A stretch of DNA of 64,000 bases from Bacteroidaceae bacterium (GCA_963635055.1 CAVHEM010000009.1:9757-73756); one strand, 5' to 3'. Counted from the first letter of the stretch, positions 22,861 to 33,240 are shown. Notes: generated from the letters alone by a model not told the origin. Numbers and translations are program-made.

Positions 22861-25506
22861 ATGACCATTAAATTAGAAGATTTACCTACAGTTTATAATG
22901 CAAAAGAAACTGAAGAAGATATTTACAAATTTTGGGAAGATAACGGATTTTTCAAGGCCGATGCCAAAAGTCCTAAAAAACCTTATTCAATAGTTATCCC
23001 ACCGCCAAATGTTACCGGTGTATTGCACATGGGGCATGCTCTTGATGAAACATTGCAAGATATTTTGGTTCGTTATCACAGAATGAGCGGTTACGAAACT
23101 CTTTGGGTTCCTGGGACTGACCATGCCGGTATTGCTACTCAAAACGTTGTAGAAAAGAAATTACGTGAACAAAGTTTATCAAGACACGATTTAGGTCGTG
23201 ACAAATTCTTAGAAAAAACTTGGGAATGGGCTAATGCACACAAATCAAGAATTTTGGACCAATGTAAACGCTTAGGTGCTTCTTTTGACCGTTCAAGAGA
23301 AAGATTTACCTTCGATAAAGGTTGTTCTGATGCAGTTAAAGAAGTTTTTGTTAAGTTGTACGAAAAAGGTTTGATTTACAAAGGTGCATATATTGTAAAC
23401 TGGTGTCCTCGTTGTCAATCTGCTATTTCTGATGTTGAAACTGAATACGAAACTGAACAAGGACATTTGTGGGAAATCTCTTACCCATTAAAAGGTGAAT
23501 CTGGTGCTATTATCGTTGCAACAACAAGACCAGAAACAATTTTTGGTGATGTTGCGATTGCCGTTCACCCATCTGACCAAAAGTATTCAGAATTGGTAGG
23601 CAAAACAGTTGTTATTCCGTTGACAGGTCGTGAAATTCCTATCATTGCAGACGAATACGTTGACAAAAACTTTGGTACCGGTGCAGTTAAAATTACACCG
23701 GCTCATGACCCTAACGACTTTGAAGTTGGTAAACGTCATAACTTTAAACCAATTTGGGTAATTGACGGTGAAGGTAAAATGAAAGCGTGTGGCGAAGTTC
23801 CTTCTAACTTGCACGGTTTAGATAGATACGAAGCACGTAAACAAATTATTAAAATGCTTGAAGATAATCACTCATTGTTGAGAGTAAAAGACCATGAACA
23901 TAACGTTGGTAAATGTCAACGTTGCGGAACAACTATCGAACCGTTACTTTCTGAACAATGGTTTGTAAAAATGAAACCTTTGGCTCAAGAAGCAATTAAA
24001 GCGGTTAAAGACGGCAGAATTAAGTTTATCCCTGAACGTTGGGAAAAGAACTATTTAGGTTGGATGGAAAATATTCGTGATTGGTGTATTTCTCGTCAAT
24101 TGTGGTGGGGACACCAAATTCCTGCTTACCACAACAAGCAAACAGGTGAAATGATTGTAGCAAAAGAAAATCCTGATCCAAATGTTTGGGAACAAGAAAC
24201 AGATGTTTTAGATACTTGGTTTTCATCTGGTTTATGGCCATTTTCAACTATGGGTTGGCCAAATACTGAAAGTGAAGATTTCAAAAAATTCTATCCTACA
24301 ACCACTTTGGTAACTGGTTTTGATATTATTTTCTTCTGGGTTGCCAGAATGATTACAATGGGCTTGGAATTCACCGGAAAAGCACCGTTTTCAACTGTTT
24401 ATATTCACGGTTTGATTCGTGATGAAAAAGGTCAAAAAATGTCAAAATCAAAGGGTAATACAATCGACCCTGTTGTTATTATTGATAAATACGGCTGTGA
24501 TGCATTGAGATTTACAATGACTTCTTTATGTACTTACGGCGGTCAAGATATCAAAATCAGTGATGAACGTTTTGAATACGGCAGAAATTTTGCTAATAAA
24601 ATTTGGAACGCTTCAAGATTTGTACTTATGAATCTTGACGGTGTCGATAATAAAGATATTGATTTTGATAATTTAACTATCGCTGATAAGTGGATTTTAG
24701 ATAAACTTAACACTGTTGCAAAAGAAGTTAATTCAAATATCGAAAACTACAGAATTGGTGAAACGGCTCACATTTTGTATGATTTCTTCTGGAATTCTTA
24801 CTGTGATTGGTATGTTGAAATTGCAAAAATTCAACTTCAAGACGAGTCTTTGAAATTGAATACTCAAAGAGTTTTGAGATATGTTCTTGATATGTCATTG
24901 AGATTACTTCACCCGATTATGCCGCATATCACAGAACGTGTATGGCAGTTAATTCCGAAAGAAACCGATATCAAAGCAATTATGCTTGCTCCATATCCTG
25001 TTTATGACAAAAAATTGTCATATCCTGTTGAAGCAAAGGAAATGGATCTTGTGTTTGAAACAATCAAATCTTTGCGTAACGTAAGACAAAGTTTCAATAT
25101 TCCGTTGTCTTTGAATTTTGATATCGAAATCAGAGCGTCTAAAGACGAAAAACCTATTTTTGAAGCGATTGAAAGCTATATCAAACGTATGGCAAAGGTT
25201 GAGAAAATTTCTTATGCAGATGACAGCGTTCCTGTTGCTAAAAAGTCTGCAACTGCAGTTGTTTCTGCATCTAAGATTGTAATTCCGCTTGAAAACTTGA
25301 TTGATTTCAATGAAGAAATTGCAAGACAAGAAAAGAAACTAGGAAAGCTTCAAAACGAAAGAAAATCAATGGAAGGCAGAATGAACAATCCTAAGTTTGC
25401 GGCTAATGCTAAACCTGAAATTATTAAGCAAACTAAGGATAGAATTGAAGAAATTTTGGTTCAAGAGGCTGCAATCAACGAATTGATAAAATCGTTAAAA
25501 GCGTAA
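22861..25506 (+). CDS. valS: Valine--tRNA ligase
   Basis: PPPNVTGVLHMGHA (HIGH) and KMSKSKGN (KMSKS) motifs, with a C-terminal coiled coil. Start set at ATG 22861, which has a GAAGGGGA SD. Confidence 0.95.
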   Translation: MTIKLEDLPTVYNAKETEEDIYKFWEDNGFFKADAKSPKKPYSIVIPPPNVTGVLHMGHALDETLQDILVRYHRMSGYETLWVPGTDHAGIATQNVVEKKLREQSLSRHDLGRDKFLEKTWEWANAHKSRILDQCKRLGASFDRSRERFTFDKGCSDAVKEVFVKLYEKGLIYKGAYIVNWCPRCQSAISDVETEYETEQGHLWEISYPLKGESGAIIVATTRPETIFGDVAIAVHPSDQKYSELVGKTVVIPLTGREIPIIADEYVDKNFGTGAVKITPAHDPNDFEVGKRHNFKPIWVIDGEGKMKACGEVPSNLHGLDRYEARKQIIKMLEDNHSLLRVKDHEHNVGKCQRCGTTIEPLLSEQWFVKMKPLAQEAIKAVKDGRIKFIPERWEKNYLGWMENIRDWCISRQLWWGHQIPAYHNKQTGEMIVAKENPDPNVWEQETDVLDTWFSSGLWPFSTMGWPNTESEDFKKFYPTTTLVTGFDIIFFWVARMITMGLEFTGKAPFSTVYIHGLIRDEKGQKMSKSKGNTIDPVVIIDKYGCDALRFTMTSLCTYGGQDIKISDERFEYGRNFANKIWNASRFVLMNLDGVDNKDIDFDNLTIADKWILDKLNTVAKEVNSNIENYRIGETAHILYDFFWNSYCDWYVEIAKIQLQDESLKLNTQRVLRYVLDMSLRLLHPIMPHITERVWQLIPKETDIKAIMLAPYPVYDKKLSYPVEAKEMDLVFETIKSLRNVRQSFNIPLSLNFDIEIRASKDEKPIFEAIESYIKRMAKVEKISYADDSVPVAKKSATAVVSASKIVIPLENLIDFNEEIARQEKKLGKLQNERKSMEGRMNNPKFAANAKPEIIKQTKDRIEEILVQEAAINELIKSLKA

Positions 25507-25528
25507 ACTTATGTAAATAAACTTTACA

Positions 25529-25572
25529 AAAAGCGGGACAATATGCAAATTTTTGTATTGTCCGCTTTTTAT
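25529..25572 (+). terminator. Rho-independent terminator after valS
   Basis: GCGGGACAATA / TATTGTCCGC stem followed by TTTTT. Confidence 0.7.
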
Positions 25573-25711
25573 TTATTTGTCGAAATTGTGGTTAATATTA
25601 TCATTGAAACTTTTAAGTAAAGTTAAGATATATTACAAAACCTTTACAAGATTGGCTAAATTTGCTATGCTTATAGCAAGTTACAGTTAGGTAATAGATA
25701 ATGGAGTGAAT

Positions 25712-26782
25712 ATGACATCAAAAGAGTTAGATTTTGAAAAACTGTTAGAACAGTATGATTACAAATTTCAAAAAGGAGATTTGGTCAAAGGTATTATTTG
25801 TGGGTTTGATGCACAAGGTGTTTTGGTTGATATCGGTGCAAAAGCGATGGCTGTAGTTCCGACTTATGAAGCCGTTGATAAAGGCGAACAACCTGAAAAT
25901 GTTTTCAAAAAAGGTCAAGAGTGTGAATTTTTAATTATCAGAGAAGAAGATGAAGACGGCAAATTTTTGCTGTCTAAAAAGAAAGTTGATAATGCTTACG
26001 CTTGGAAAGAACTTGAAAAAGTTAAAGCAAATGATGAAGTTATACTTGGAACTATCGTTAACGTTGTTAAAGGTGGCGTTTTAGTTGATGTTTCAGGTAT
26101 CAGAGGATTTATTCCAACTTCTCAACTACGTGCAAGAGAATCAGAACTTGAAGTTGGTTCAAAATTAGAATTGAAAATTTTGACACTTGATGTTCAACAA
26201 AATAATTTTATTTTGTCAAATAAAAAGGTTTATGAAGATACTGTTGAAGAAGCAAGAAAAAATATCTTCTCACAAATTGAACCGGGGCAAGTTGTTAAAG
26301 GTGAAGTTGTTAGAATTACTGATTTTGGTGCATTTATTGATATCGGTGGTTTAGACGGTTTACTTCCGCTATCTCAATTGTCTTGGCGTTGGATTGACCA
26401 CCCTACAGATATCTTGAAGGTTGGTGAAAAAATTGACGTTGAAGTTATTTCAATTGATTATGACAAACAAAGAGTTTCATTGAGTTTGAAAAATCTTGAA
26501 CCTGATCCGTGGATTGAGGCTGCGGAAAAAATTAAAGAAGGTGACAAAGTTCAAGGAACAGTTACAAGATTGAAACATTTTGGCGCATTTATTGAAGTGT
26601 TACCTGGGGTTGAAGCATTGTTACCACATAATGAAGTTGTTGATTTGCAAAATGAAACAGGCAATATCATAAAAGTTGGTGACAAAATTGACACTTATGT
26701 CGTTAAATTCAATCCTGCAGATAAGAGAATTTCTCTATCAATTCATGAACAAGGTTCAGAACCTGCTCCTGAACAGGAATAA
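25712..26782 (+). CDS. rpsA: 30S ribosomal protein S1 (four S1 domains)
   Basis: Four repeats of the S1 OB-fold pattern (G.VV.G.V....fGafVDiGg..Gl.P.S). Start set at ATG 25712 after a GGAG. Confidence 0.85.
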   Translation: MTSKELDFEKLLEQYDYKFQKGDLVKGIICGFDAQGVLVDIGAKAMAVVPTYEAVDKGEQPENVFKKGQECEFLIIREEDEDGKFLLSKKKVDNAYAWKELEKVKANDEVILGTIVNVVKGGVLVDVSGIRGFIPTSQLRARESELEVGSKLELKILTLDVQQNNFILSNKKVYEDTVEEARKNIFSQIEPGQVVKGEVVRITDFGAFIDIGGLDGLLPLSQLSWRWIDHPTDILKVGEKIDVEVISIDYDKQRVSLSLKNLEPDPWIEAAEKIKEGDKVQGTVTRLKHFGAFIEVLPGVEALLPHNEVVDLQNETGNIIKVGDKIDTYVVKFNPADKRISLSIHEQGSEPAPEQE

Positions 26783-26810
26783 TAGAACTTTTGCTCAAAA
26801 AATAAAACTA

Positions 26811-26846
26811 AAAAGTGGGGATATAAATATTGTCCTCACTTTTTTG
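26811..26846 (+). terminator. Rho-independent terminator after rpsA
   Basis: AAGTGGGGA / TCCTCACTT stem followed by TTTTTT. Confidence 0.55.
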
Positions 26847-26944
26847 TTGACTTTAAAAAATATATCATTATAACAATATCATACGTTTAGATGTTTATTA
26901 CTCTTGAAAAATAAAGGATAATGCAGAAAAGAGAGTAGAGAAAC

Positions 26945-27409
26945 ATGCCATTCAGGTACAGATTACAAAAAGTTTTGGACTTTAGAATAAACCAAAAAGA
27001 AGAACAAAGAACCAGAGTTCAAAAGGCACAACAAGCGGTTAATCAGGCTGAGAATGACATAAAAAAAAATAATCAAGATATTCTTGATACAAAACAAGGA
27101 ATGCGGTCGGCTGATCCAATGATGTACGATACTTACGACAAGTTTTTGGAACATCTTTGGCAGAAGGCTGAGGAACTCGAAGCAAGACGACAAGAGTTGC
27201 AAAAAAAACTCGACGAGGAAGTTCAAAAACTCGTAAAATGTGAACAAGCAGTCAAAGTTCTTGAAAAGCACAAAGAAAAAAATAAAGAACTATACTTAGC
27301 AGAAGAAAAAGCGGCAGAATTAAAGCAATTTTCAGAGTTGGGTGTCACAAGGTTCTTTAAGAAAATTCAAGAGCAAGCGGCAGAAGAAGAATTGAATAAC
27401 AATAAGTAG
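26945..27409 (+). CDS. fliJ: Flagellar export chaperone-like protein FliJ
   Basis: N-terminus MPFRYRLQKVLDFRINQKEEQ, a 154-aa charged coiled coil. Lies immediately upstream of a FliK-like gene. Confidence 0.7.
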   Translation: MPFRYRLQKVLDFRINQKEEQRTRVQKAQQAVNQAENDIKKNNQDILDTKQGMRSADPMMYDTYDKFLEHLWQKAEELEARRQELQKKLDEEVQKLVKCEQAVKVLEKHKEKNKELYLAEEKAAELKQFSELGVTRFFKKIQEQAAEEELNNNK

Positions 27410-27423
27410 AAGGTAATAATATT

Positions 27424-28695
27424 ATGAGCGTAAATTCAACAGTATCATCAGTAAGCAGTTCATCTGCAACATCTCAAGTTTCAAAGTCTTCAAATACTGA
27501 AAGTTCAAAAAAGACTTCTGATTCTTCTTTCAAAAATGAAATGGATAAAGTTTCAACAACAGAAAAAACTGAAAAAGATACAAAAACAGAATCTAAAGAG
27601 GTAAAAGAAACCAAAGAAACCTCAAAAACTCAAAAATCAGAAGAAACAGCAAAAGCTGAAAATACAAAAGACGCAAAAGTTGATGATAAAAATACTGTTT
27701 CTGACAAAAAAGAAACCAATATTGTTGATAATAAAGAAAACTTGTTAAAAGATATTGAAAAAAATAACATTGAACTTATTAAAAATCAACAAATTTTAGA
27801 TAAGAAAAACTTGTTAGGTACAGATAATAACCTTCAACAAGAACAACAGGCTCAGCAGATTCAATTTGCTCAAGCAAACTTAAACAAAAATATTGATAAT
27901 CCGATTTCTAAAAAAAATGATGTAAAAACTGTTGTAAAATCAGATAAAAAACGTGAAAATGAGTTGGATTCAATTAGTACTGAACTTGATAATGATTTAC
28001 AAGTTCCGACAGATACTTCACAACTTCAAGCAACGGATAGCAATTACAATACTGATTCGTTAGTTGCTGATGAAAATAATATGTTGAATGGTAATGTCAT
28101 ATTCAATAATGAATTATCTAGTTTTGATATTAACAATAATGAATTATCAAATGATATTCAACAAATGATAAATACCTCAACAATTGCTCACAATGTCGCA
28201 AGTGTTAAGGCTACTCAAGCAGTTGGAACTATGAAGTTAAATAACTCAACTAACAGTATTTCAATGACACAATCTGATGCTGAATTCTTTGTTAATTTGA
28301 CTCAAAATAATGATGTTTCAATGCAAAATATTACGGCTCAGGCAACAGAAATGACCCAACAAGGTGCTGATGTTAAAGAAGTTCAACAAAATGTCAAGGT
28401 ATCACAAGCGTTACTTGATGCCTTGAGTGAATCTCGTGAAAAAAATCAACCTGTAAGAATTGATTTTGATAAAGATGTTTCTGTTGTTTTAAGAGTCGGT
28501 AAAGATGGCGCCTTGGCTGCAAACTTTATCCCTGGCGATAAAGCAGTTGAGCAATATTTGAGAAATAATATTGAAACTTTGAAAAATACATTTAATGAAA
28601 ACGATTTGCCGTATTCAGATTTGAGTTATTCAAACAGAGGCGGCAAACAACAACGTGAAAACCAACGTAATAGACAACAACAGCAGCAGCAATAA
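27424..28695 (+). CDS. fliK: Flagellar hook-length control protein FliK-like
   Basis: S/T/K/E/N/Q-rich disordered N-terminal part and a conserved-looking C-terminal domain (VRIDFDKDVSVVLRVGKDGALAANFIP...). Its position between fliJ and a hook/rod protein supports the call. Confidence 0.55.
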   Translation: MSVNSTVSSVSSSSATSQVSKSSNTESSKKTSDSSFKNEMDKVSTTEKTEKDTKTESKEVKETKETSKTQKSEETAKAENTKDAKVDDKNTVSDKKETNIVDNKENLLKDIEKNNIELIKNQQILDKKNLLGTDNNLQQEQQAQQIQFAQANLNKNIDNPISKKNDVKTVVKSDKKRENELDSISTELDNDLQVPTDTSQLQATDSNYNTDSLVADENNMLNGNVIFNNELSSFDINNNELSNDIQQMINTSTIAHNVASVKATQAVGTMKLNNSTNSISMTQSDAEFFVNLTQNNDVSMQNITAQATEMTQQGADVKEVQQNVKVSQALLDALSESREKNQPVRIDFDKDVSVVLRVGKDGALAANFIPGDKAVEQYLRNNIETLKNTFNENDLPYSDLSYSNRGGKQQRENQRNRQQQQQQ

Positions 28696-28718
28696 TAAAA
28701 GGAGAGTTTAACAAAAAA

Positions 28719-29558
28719 ATGAATGATGCTTTTATCACAGCAATAAATACCCAATATGCGACGATAAACTGGATGGACGTTATCGCCGATAACATGACAA
28801 ACGTTTATACTCCAGGGTTCAAAGAAAAACAGGTAAGCTTCAAAACATTTTTAGGTGGAGCGATAAATGATGACTATAGCAAGAAAATGAGTCAAGGTAA
28901 ATCTACTCCAGGGACTTCTAATGATAACGTATTTTTGGAAGGAAAAGGCTTTTTCTTGACTAAAACTCCTGACGGCAAGAGTGTTTACACAAGACTCGGC
29001 GAATTTACTTTTGATGGTGAAGGGGTTTATAAAGCATCTAACGGGAATACTGTTCAAGGTTATATCCTTAATGATAAAGGAGAAATAATGCAAGGGACTA
29101 AACCTATAAGTGCTGATTTGTACCAAGAAACCGCATTGAAAGGCGGAGCATTAGATATTCCGACAACTAATATCAAAATGTGGATTGACCCGAACAACGG
29201 TAAATATTTAGGTAAGTATGACGAATACGAAATTCAAAAAGACGGAACAATTGTTGGTAAGGCTGAAAACGGAAAAAAAGTTGTTCCATTATATAGGATT
29301 ACAACAAGAAATTTCCATAATGCAGCAGGTTTGTATGAATACAAAGACGGAATGTTTTTAGAAACTGAAGAATCAGGTAAACCTGTTTTAGGTTGTGGTG
29401 AAATTCGTTCCGGTTTATTAGAACTTTCTAATGCTGATTTTAAGGGAAATATTTCATACTACAAAATGGCAAAATTACAGATGGAAGTGGTTAATAAACT
29501 TATTTCATCAAACAAAGAATTACTACAACAAGCAATGCAAATGGTTAGTAGTTCTTAA
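28719..29558 (+). CDS. Flagellar hook/basal-body rod family protein (FlgE/FlgF/FlgG family; short, 279 aa)
   Basis: N-terminal rod motif DVIADNMTNVYTPGFKE and a C-terminal LELSNADF...KMAKLQMEVVNKLISSNKELLQQA motif. Confidence 0.7.
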   Translation: MNDAFITAINTQYATINWMDVIADNMTNVYTPGFKEKQVSFKTFLGGAINDDYSKKMSQGKSTPGTSNDNVFLEGKGFFLTKTPDGKSVYTRLGEFTFDGEGVYKASNGNTVQGYILNDKGEIMQGTKPISADLYQETALKGGALDIPTTNIKMWIDPNNGKYLGKYDEYEIQKDGTIVGKAENGKKVVPLYRITTRNFHNAAGLYEYKDGMFLETEESGKPVLGCGEIRSGLLELSNADFKGNISYYKMAKLQMEVVNKLISSNKELLQQAMQMVSSS

Positions 29559-29591
29559 TAAAATATTTGTGATAACGTTAAACTCCATTAC

Positions 29592-29619
29592 AAAAGAGGC
29601 GAAAGCCTCTTTCTTTTTT
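29592..29619 (+). terminator. Rho-independent terminator after the flagellar trio
   Basis: AGAGGC-GAAA-GCCTCT stem-loop followed by TTCTTTTTT. Confidence 0.7.
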
Positions 29620-29687
29620 GTAAATTTATTTACATTTGCTCAAATAGATTGTATCATTGGAATATAGTCAGAATAAAGAGGAAAATA

Positions 29688-30122
29688 ATGGAAAATTTAG
29701 TTATTGCAATTGGTTCAGATCATGGTGGATTTGAATATAAAAATTTAATAAGTGACCATTTAAAACAAAAGGGTATTGATGTTATTGATGTCGGTACTTA
29801 TTCTAAAGATTCTTGCGATTATCCTGAAATAGCAAGAAAAGTTACCGCTAATATTTCAGAAAACAAGGCTCAAAAAGGAATTTTAATTTGCGGTTCCGGT
29901 ATTGGAATGTCTATTGTTGCAAACAAAACAAAAGGGATTAGAGCGGCATTATGCTCTGAAACAACATCTGCAAGGTTATCAAGACAACATAACAATTCAA
30001 ATGTATTATGTATGGGACAACGTTTGATAGGCGAAACTATGGCATTAGAAATCGTAGACACTTGGCTGGATACAGAGTTCTTGGGTGGAAGACACCAACA
30101 TAGAGTTGATATTATTGAATAG
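29688..30122 (+). CDS. rpiB: Ribose-5-phosphate isomerase B
   Basis: IAIGSDHGGFEYK and ICGSGIGMSIVANK motifs. Start set at ATG 29688, which has an AAAGAGGA SD. Confidence 0.9.
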   Translation: MENLVIAIGSDHGGFEYKNLISDHLKQKGIDVIDVGTYSKDSCDYPEIARKVTANISENKAQKGILICGSGIGMSIVANKTKGIRAALCSETTSARLSRQHNNSNVLCMGQRLIGETMALEIVDTWLDTEFLGGRHQHRVDIIE

Positions 30123-30135
30123 AAAGGTTTAAAAT

Positions 30136-30531
30136 ATGGAAATAGATTCGCATAAATTTGCTTGTGCAATTGCACAGTTTTTAGATGATAAATTGGCAAA
30201 AGATATTGTCATTTTAAATATTAGCAATGTTTCATCTCTTGCTGATTATTTTGTAATAGTTACCGGTGATTCAACTCCGCAAGTTAAGGCTTTGATGGAA
30301 ACAGTTAAGGATAATGTTAAAACTAAATTAGGAAAACTCCCGTTGAGAATTGAAAACGACTCAAAAAGTCGCTGGAATTTGCTTGATTACGGAGATGTTG
30401 TTGTTCATATTCTGCATAAAGAAGACCGTGAAACTTACGCAATCGAGAAATTTTGGAATCATGCATATAGTGTTACAGAAGATGAATGGCGTGAAGTTGG
30501 TAAAGAATACAGTGAATATGCTAATAAGTAA
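30136..30531 (+). CDS. rsfS: Ribosome silencing factor RsfS (Iojap family)
   Basis: DIVILNISNVSSLADYFVIVTG and GDVVVHILHKEDRETYAIEKFW motifs. Confidence 0.9.
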   Translation: MEIDSHKFACAIAQFLDDKLAKDIVILNISNVSSLADYFVIVTGDSTPQVKALMETVKDNVKTKLGKLPLRIENDSKSRWNLLDYGDVVVHILHKEDRETYAIEKFWNHAYSVTEDEWREVGKEYSEYANK

Positions 30532-30535
30532 TGAG

Positions 30536-30562
30536 AAAGAGGTCATAAAGACCTCTTTTTTA
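30536..30562. terminator. Hairpin terminator between convergent rsfS and the PGM/PMM gene
   Basis: AGAGGTC / GACCTCT stem followed by TTTTTT. Confidence 0.65.
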
Positions 30563-30589
30563 TTGAAATTTTTATCTGATTTTTAGCAA

Positions 30590-32014
30590 TTAAACTCTAG
30601 CGTTAATCGTTTTATCCAAAAACTCAGTCATTGCTTTTTTGAATTGTTCAGACTCAGCCTGCGTAGGAGCCTCAAAACGCAACGTAAATACCGGTTCGGT
30701 ATTACTTTGTCTAATTAGAGCAAAACCACCCTCAAAAACGATTCTCATACCGTCTAGTGTGACAATATCTTTTATCTTAGAACCAAACATATCAGGGTTA
30801 GATTTTACTTCATTTTTCATTGCTTCTAATACTTCTTTTTTCAATGGATTTGGGCAAGGAAAACGAACTTCATCACTTGTAAATACTTGAGTGAATGGTT
30901 TCAAAACTTCATCAATTGTGAAATTAGGGTTGATTTTTTTATTTTTTGCAATAATTTCAATCATTCTGCAGCCGGCATAAATAGCATCATCAAAACCGTA
31001 GTATCTATCTTTAAAGAATGTATGACCACTCATTTCACCGCCTAATACCGCATTTGTTTCTTTCATCTTGCCTTTAATGTAACCGTGACCGGTTTTACAC
31101 ATAATTGCATTTCCGCCGGCTTTATTAATAGTATCAAACAAGACTTGAGAACATTTAACCTCAGACACAACGGTTGGTTTTTGATCAATGATGTCCATTG
31201 CATAAATTAAGAGCAATTTATCACCAGTTAATGGTTTTCCATGTGAATCTACAACGCCGATTCTGTCGCTATCGCCATCATAAGCAATTCCGACATCTGC
31301 ATTATTTTCAACAACTGTTTTTGAAAGTGTTTCAAGAGTTGATAAAACGCTTGGATTTGGGTGATGGTTTGGAAATCTTCCATCAGGCTCAGAGAAAAGT
31401 TCAATAACTTCACAACCGAGTTCTTTGTATAATTTAGGTCCTACGATACCACCTGTTGCGTTGGCACTATCAACTACAACCTTGATTCCAACTCCAACTT
31501 TACCGAAAGATTTTTTCATTTCGTTAATGTATTCGTCAATAATTTCTGTTTTGTAGTTATAATCGTTCAATTTTTCAGGTAAATCAGACCATTTTGCATA
31601 AGTTTCTTCTTTAACTTCTTTGATTTGAGCCTCATTCAAAGATTGATGGTTAAATGTCATTTTCAAGCCATTGTACTCACTAGGGTTATGGCTTGCAGTA
31701 ATAATCATTGCACCATCAAGATTGTGAGCAAATTCAGAATAATAACCGATAGGAGTCGGCGCTAAACCTAAGTCCTCAATGTGACCAACTTTTGAGTTAG
31801 TCAATCCGTTTAGAATTGCTCGTTTAAGGCTTGGTGAATGTAATCTTGCGTCCATACAAACACTAATCTTCAAGTTTTCAGGCTGTTTTTGAGTTTGTTT
31901 TGAAAGCCAAGAGGTGTAACCGATTGCGATGTTATAAAAGAGTTCTTCGGTTATGTCATCATTATAAATTCCTCGAATATCATTTTTTCCAAATGCGTGT
32001 TCATATTTTTGCAT
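30590..32014 (-). CDS. Phosphoglucomutase/phosphomannomutase family protein
   Basis: TASHNPSEYNGLK active-site loop, GIAYDGDSDR metal loop and GGEMSGH sugar-binding loop. Confidence 0.85.
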   Translation of the reverse strand: MQKYEHAFGKNDIRGIYNDDITEELFYNIAIGYTSWLSKQTQKQPENLKISVCMDARLHSPSLKRAILNGLTNSKVGHIEDLGLAPTPIGYYSEFAHNLDGAMIITASHNPSEYNGLKMTFNHQSLNEAQIKEVKEETYAKWSDLPEKLNDYNYKTEIIDEYINEMKKSFGKVGVGIKVVVDSANATGGIVGPKLYKELGCEVIELFSEPDGRFPNHHPNPSVLSTLETLSKTVVENNADVGIAYDGDSDRIGVVDSHGKPLTGDKLLLIYAMDIIDQKPTVVSEVKCSQVLFDTINKAGGNAIMCKTGHGYIKGKMKETNAVLGGEMSGHTFFKDRYYGFDDAIYAGCRMIEIIAKNKKINPNFTIDEVLKPFTQVFTSDEVRFPCPNPLKKEVLEAMKNEVKSNPDMFGSKIKDIVTLDGMRIVFEGGFALIRQSNTEPVFTLRFEAPTQAESEQFKKAMTEFLDKTINARV

Positions 32015-32056
32015 AATTCACTTCTCCTATTATTTAGACTATAATTAAATCATACC

Positions 32057-32941
32057 ATGAAAAACTTATTAAAAAATTTGGCAAATAATCAAAATCTGGC
32101 AATAACAATCTTTTTGTTGCCCGCACTACTTGGAACCTTGATATTTATTATTATTCCTGTAATTTGCTCATTTGGTTTAAGTTTTGCTAAGTGGGATTTA
32201 CTTAATCCAATAACATTTGTTAGTTTAGAAAATTATAAAAATTTGTTTAACGATAAAGTTTTTTATCAAACATTAGCAAATACAATAGTTTTTGCAATTT
32301 CGACTTCGGTTTTCGGAGTTATTATTCCGCTGATTTTAGCCTCTGTTTTGAATTCCAAAATTCGAGGAAGTGAGTTTTTTAAAACTGCATATTTTCTACC
32401 ATTTATTACCCCAATGATAGTTATAGGTATTGTTTGGGGCTGGATATTTGACCCAAATATTGGACTGTTAAATAAACTTTTACATTTACATATCAATTGG
32501 CTTTATGATGTGAAATATGCCCTACCGGCGCTAATTGCAGTTTCTGTCTGGAAGCTTATCGGATATAATATGATAATTTTCCTTTCGACTTTATCTTCAA
32601 TTTCACAAAGTTTGTTTGAGGCTGCAAAAATTGACGGAGCAAATTCAATTCAAACTTTTCGCCATGTAACGATTCCAATGTTATCGCCAACAATATTTTT
32701 TGTCGTGATAATCACGACTATAAGTTCATTTCAGGTGTTTGACTTGATTTATTTGATGACTCAGGGCGGACCATTCAATAGTACAAATGTTTTGGTTTAT
32801 TCGATTTATCAAAACGCTTTTGAGTATTTCAATGTTGGAAAGGCTAGTGCGATTGCTTATGTTTTATTTGCGATAATTCTTGTTTTAACCCTTCTACAGT
32901 GGAAATTCCGCAAAAAAATTGTCTATAATGAAATAGATTAG
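32057..32941 (+). CDS. Carbohydrate ABC transporter permease (MalF/UgpA-like)
   Basis: Six TM segments and the EAA loop EAAKIDGANSIQTFRHVTIPMLSP. No adjacent binding protein, second permease or ATPase. Confidence 0.85.
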   Translation: MKNLLKNLANNQNLAITIFLLPALLGTLIFIIIPVICSFGLSFAKWDLLNPITFVSLENYKNLFNDKVFYQTLANTIVFAISTSVFGVIIPLILASVLNSKIRGSEFFKTAYFLPFITPMIVIGIVWGWIFDPNIGLLNKLLHLHINWLYDVKYALPALIAVSVWKLIGYNMIIFLSTLSSISQSLFEAAKIDGANSIQTFRHVTIPMLSPTIFFVVIITTISSFQVFDLIYLMTQGGPFNSTNVLVYSIYQNAFEYFNVGKASAIAYVLFAIILVLTLLQWKFRKKIVYNEID

Positions 32942-33047
32942 TGTAATATCTCTTAACATTTGCTTTGATATTTTAAAGTTTTGGCTAAACATTTCCGATA
33001 AATAATCTGTAAGATACCATTAAATCAACACGGGGTGTGTATAGATT

Positions 33048-33194
33048 ATGTTTGAAGATCTAAAAAGACGAGAGCTTATAGAAGCACTAAAAAGTTTAAT
33101 TGAAAAAGCCGAGGCTGAAACAGACGAAAAAGATAGCGACATTTATTGCGAATTTATGAAAGGTATGATTTTAAATACATACAGCACAAATTAG
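33048..33194 (+). CDS. Possible small acidic protein, 48 aa (MFEDLKRRELIEALKSLIEKAEAETDEKDSDIYCEFMKGMILNTYSTN)
   Basis: Found by eye in a 300-nt gap, below the ORF-track size cutoff. Only a weak G-rich SD, and no motif. Confidence 0.25.
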   Translation: MFEDLKRRELIEALKSLIEKAEAETDEKDSDIYCEFMKGMILNTYSTN

Positions 33195-33240
33195 TAATTT
33201 AGGCAATGTGAATTTCTATTGATTTTTATAGAATTTTACT

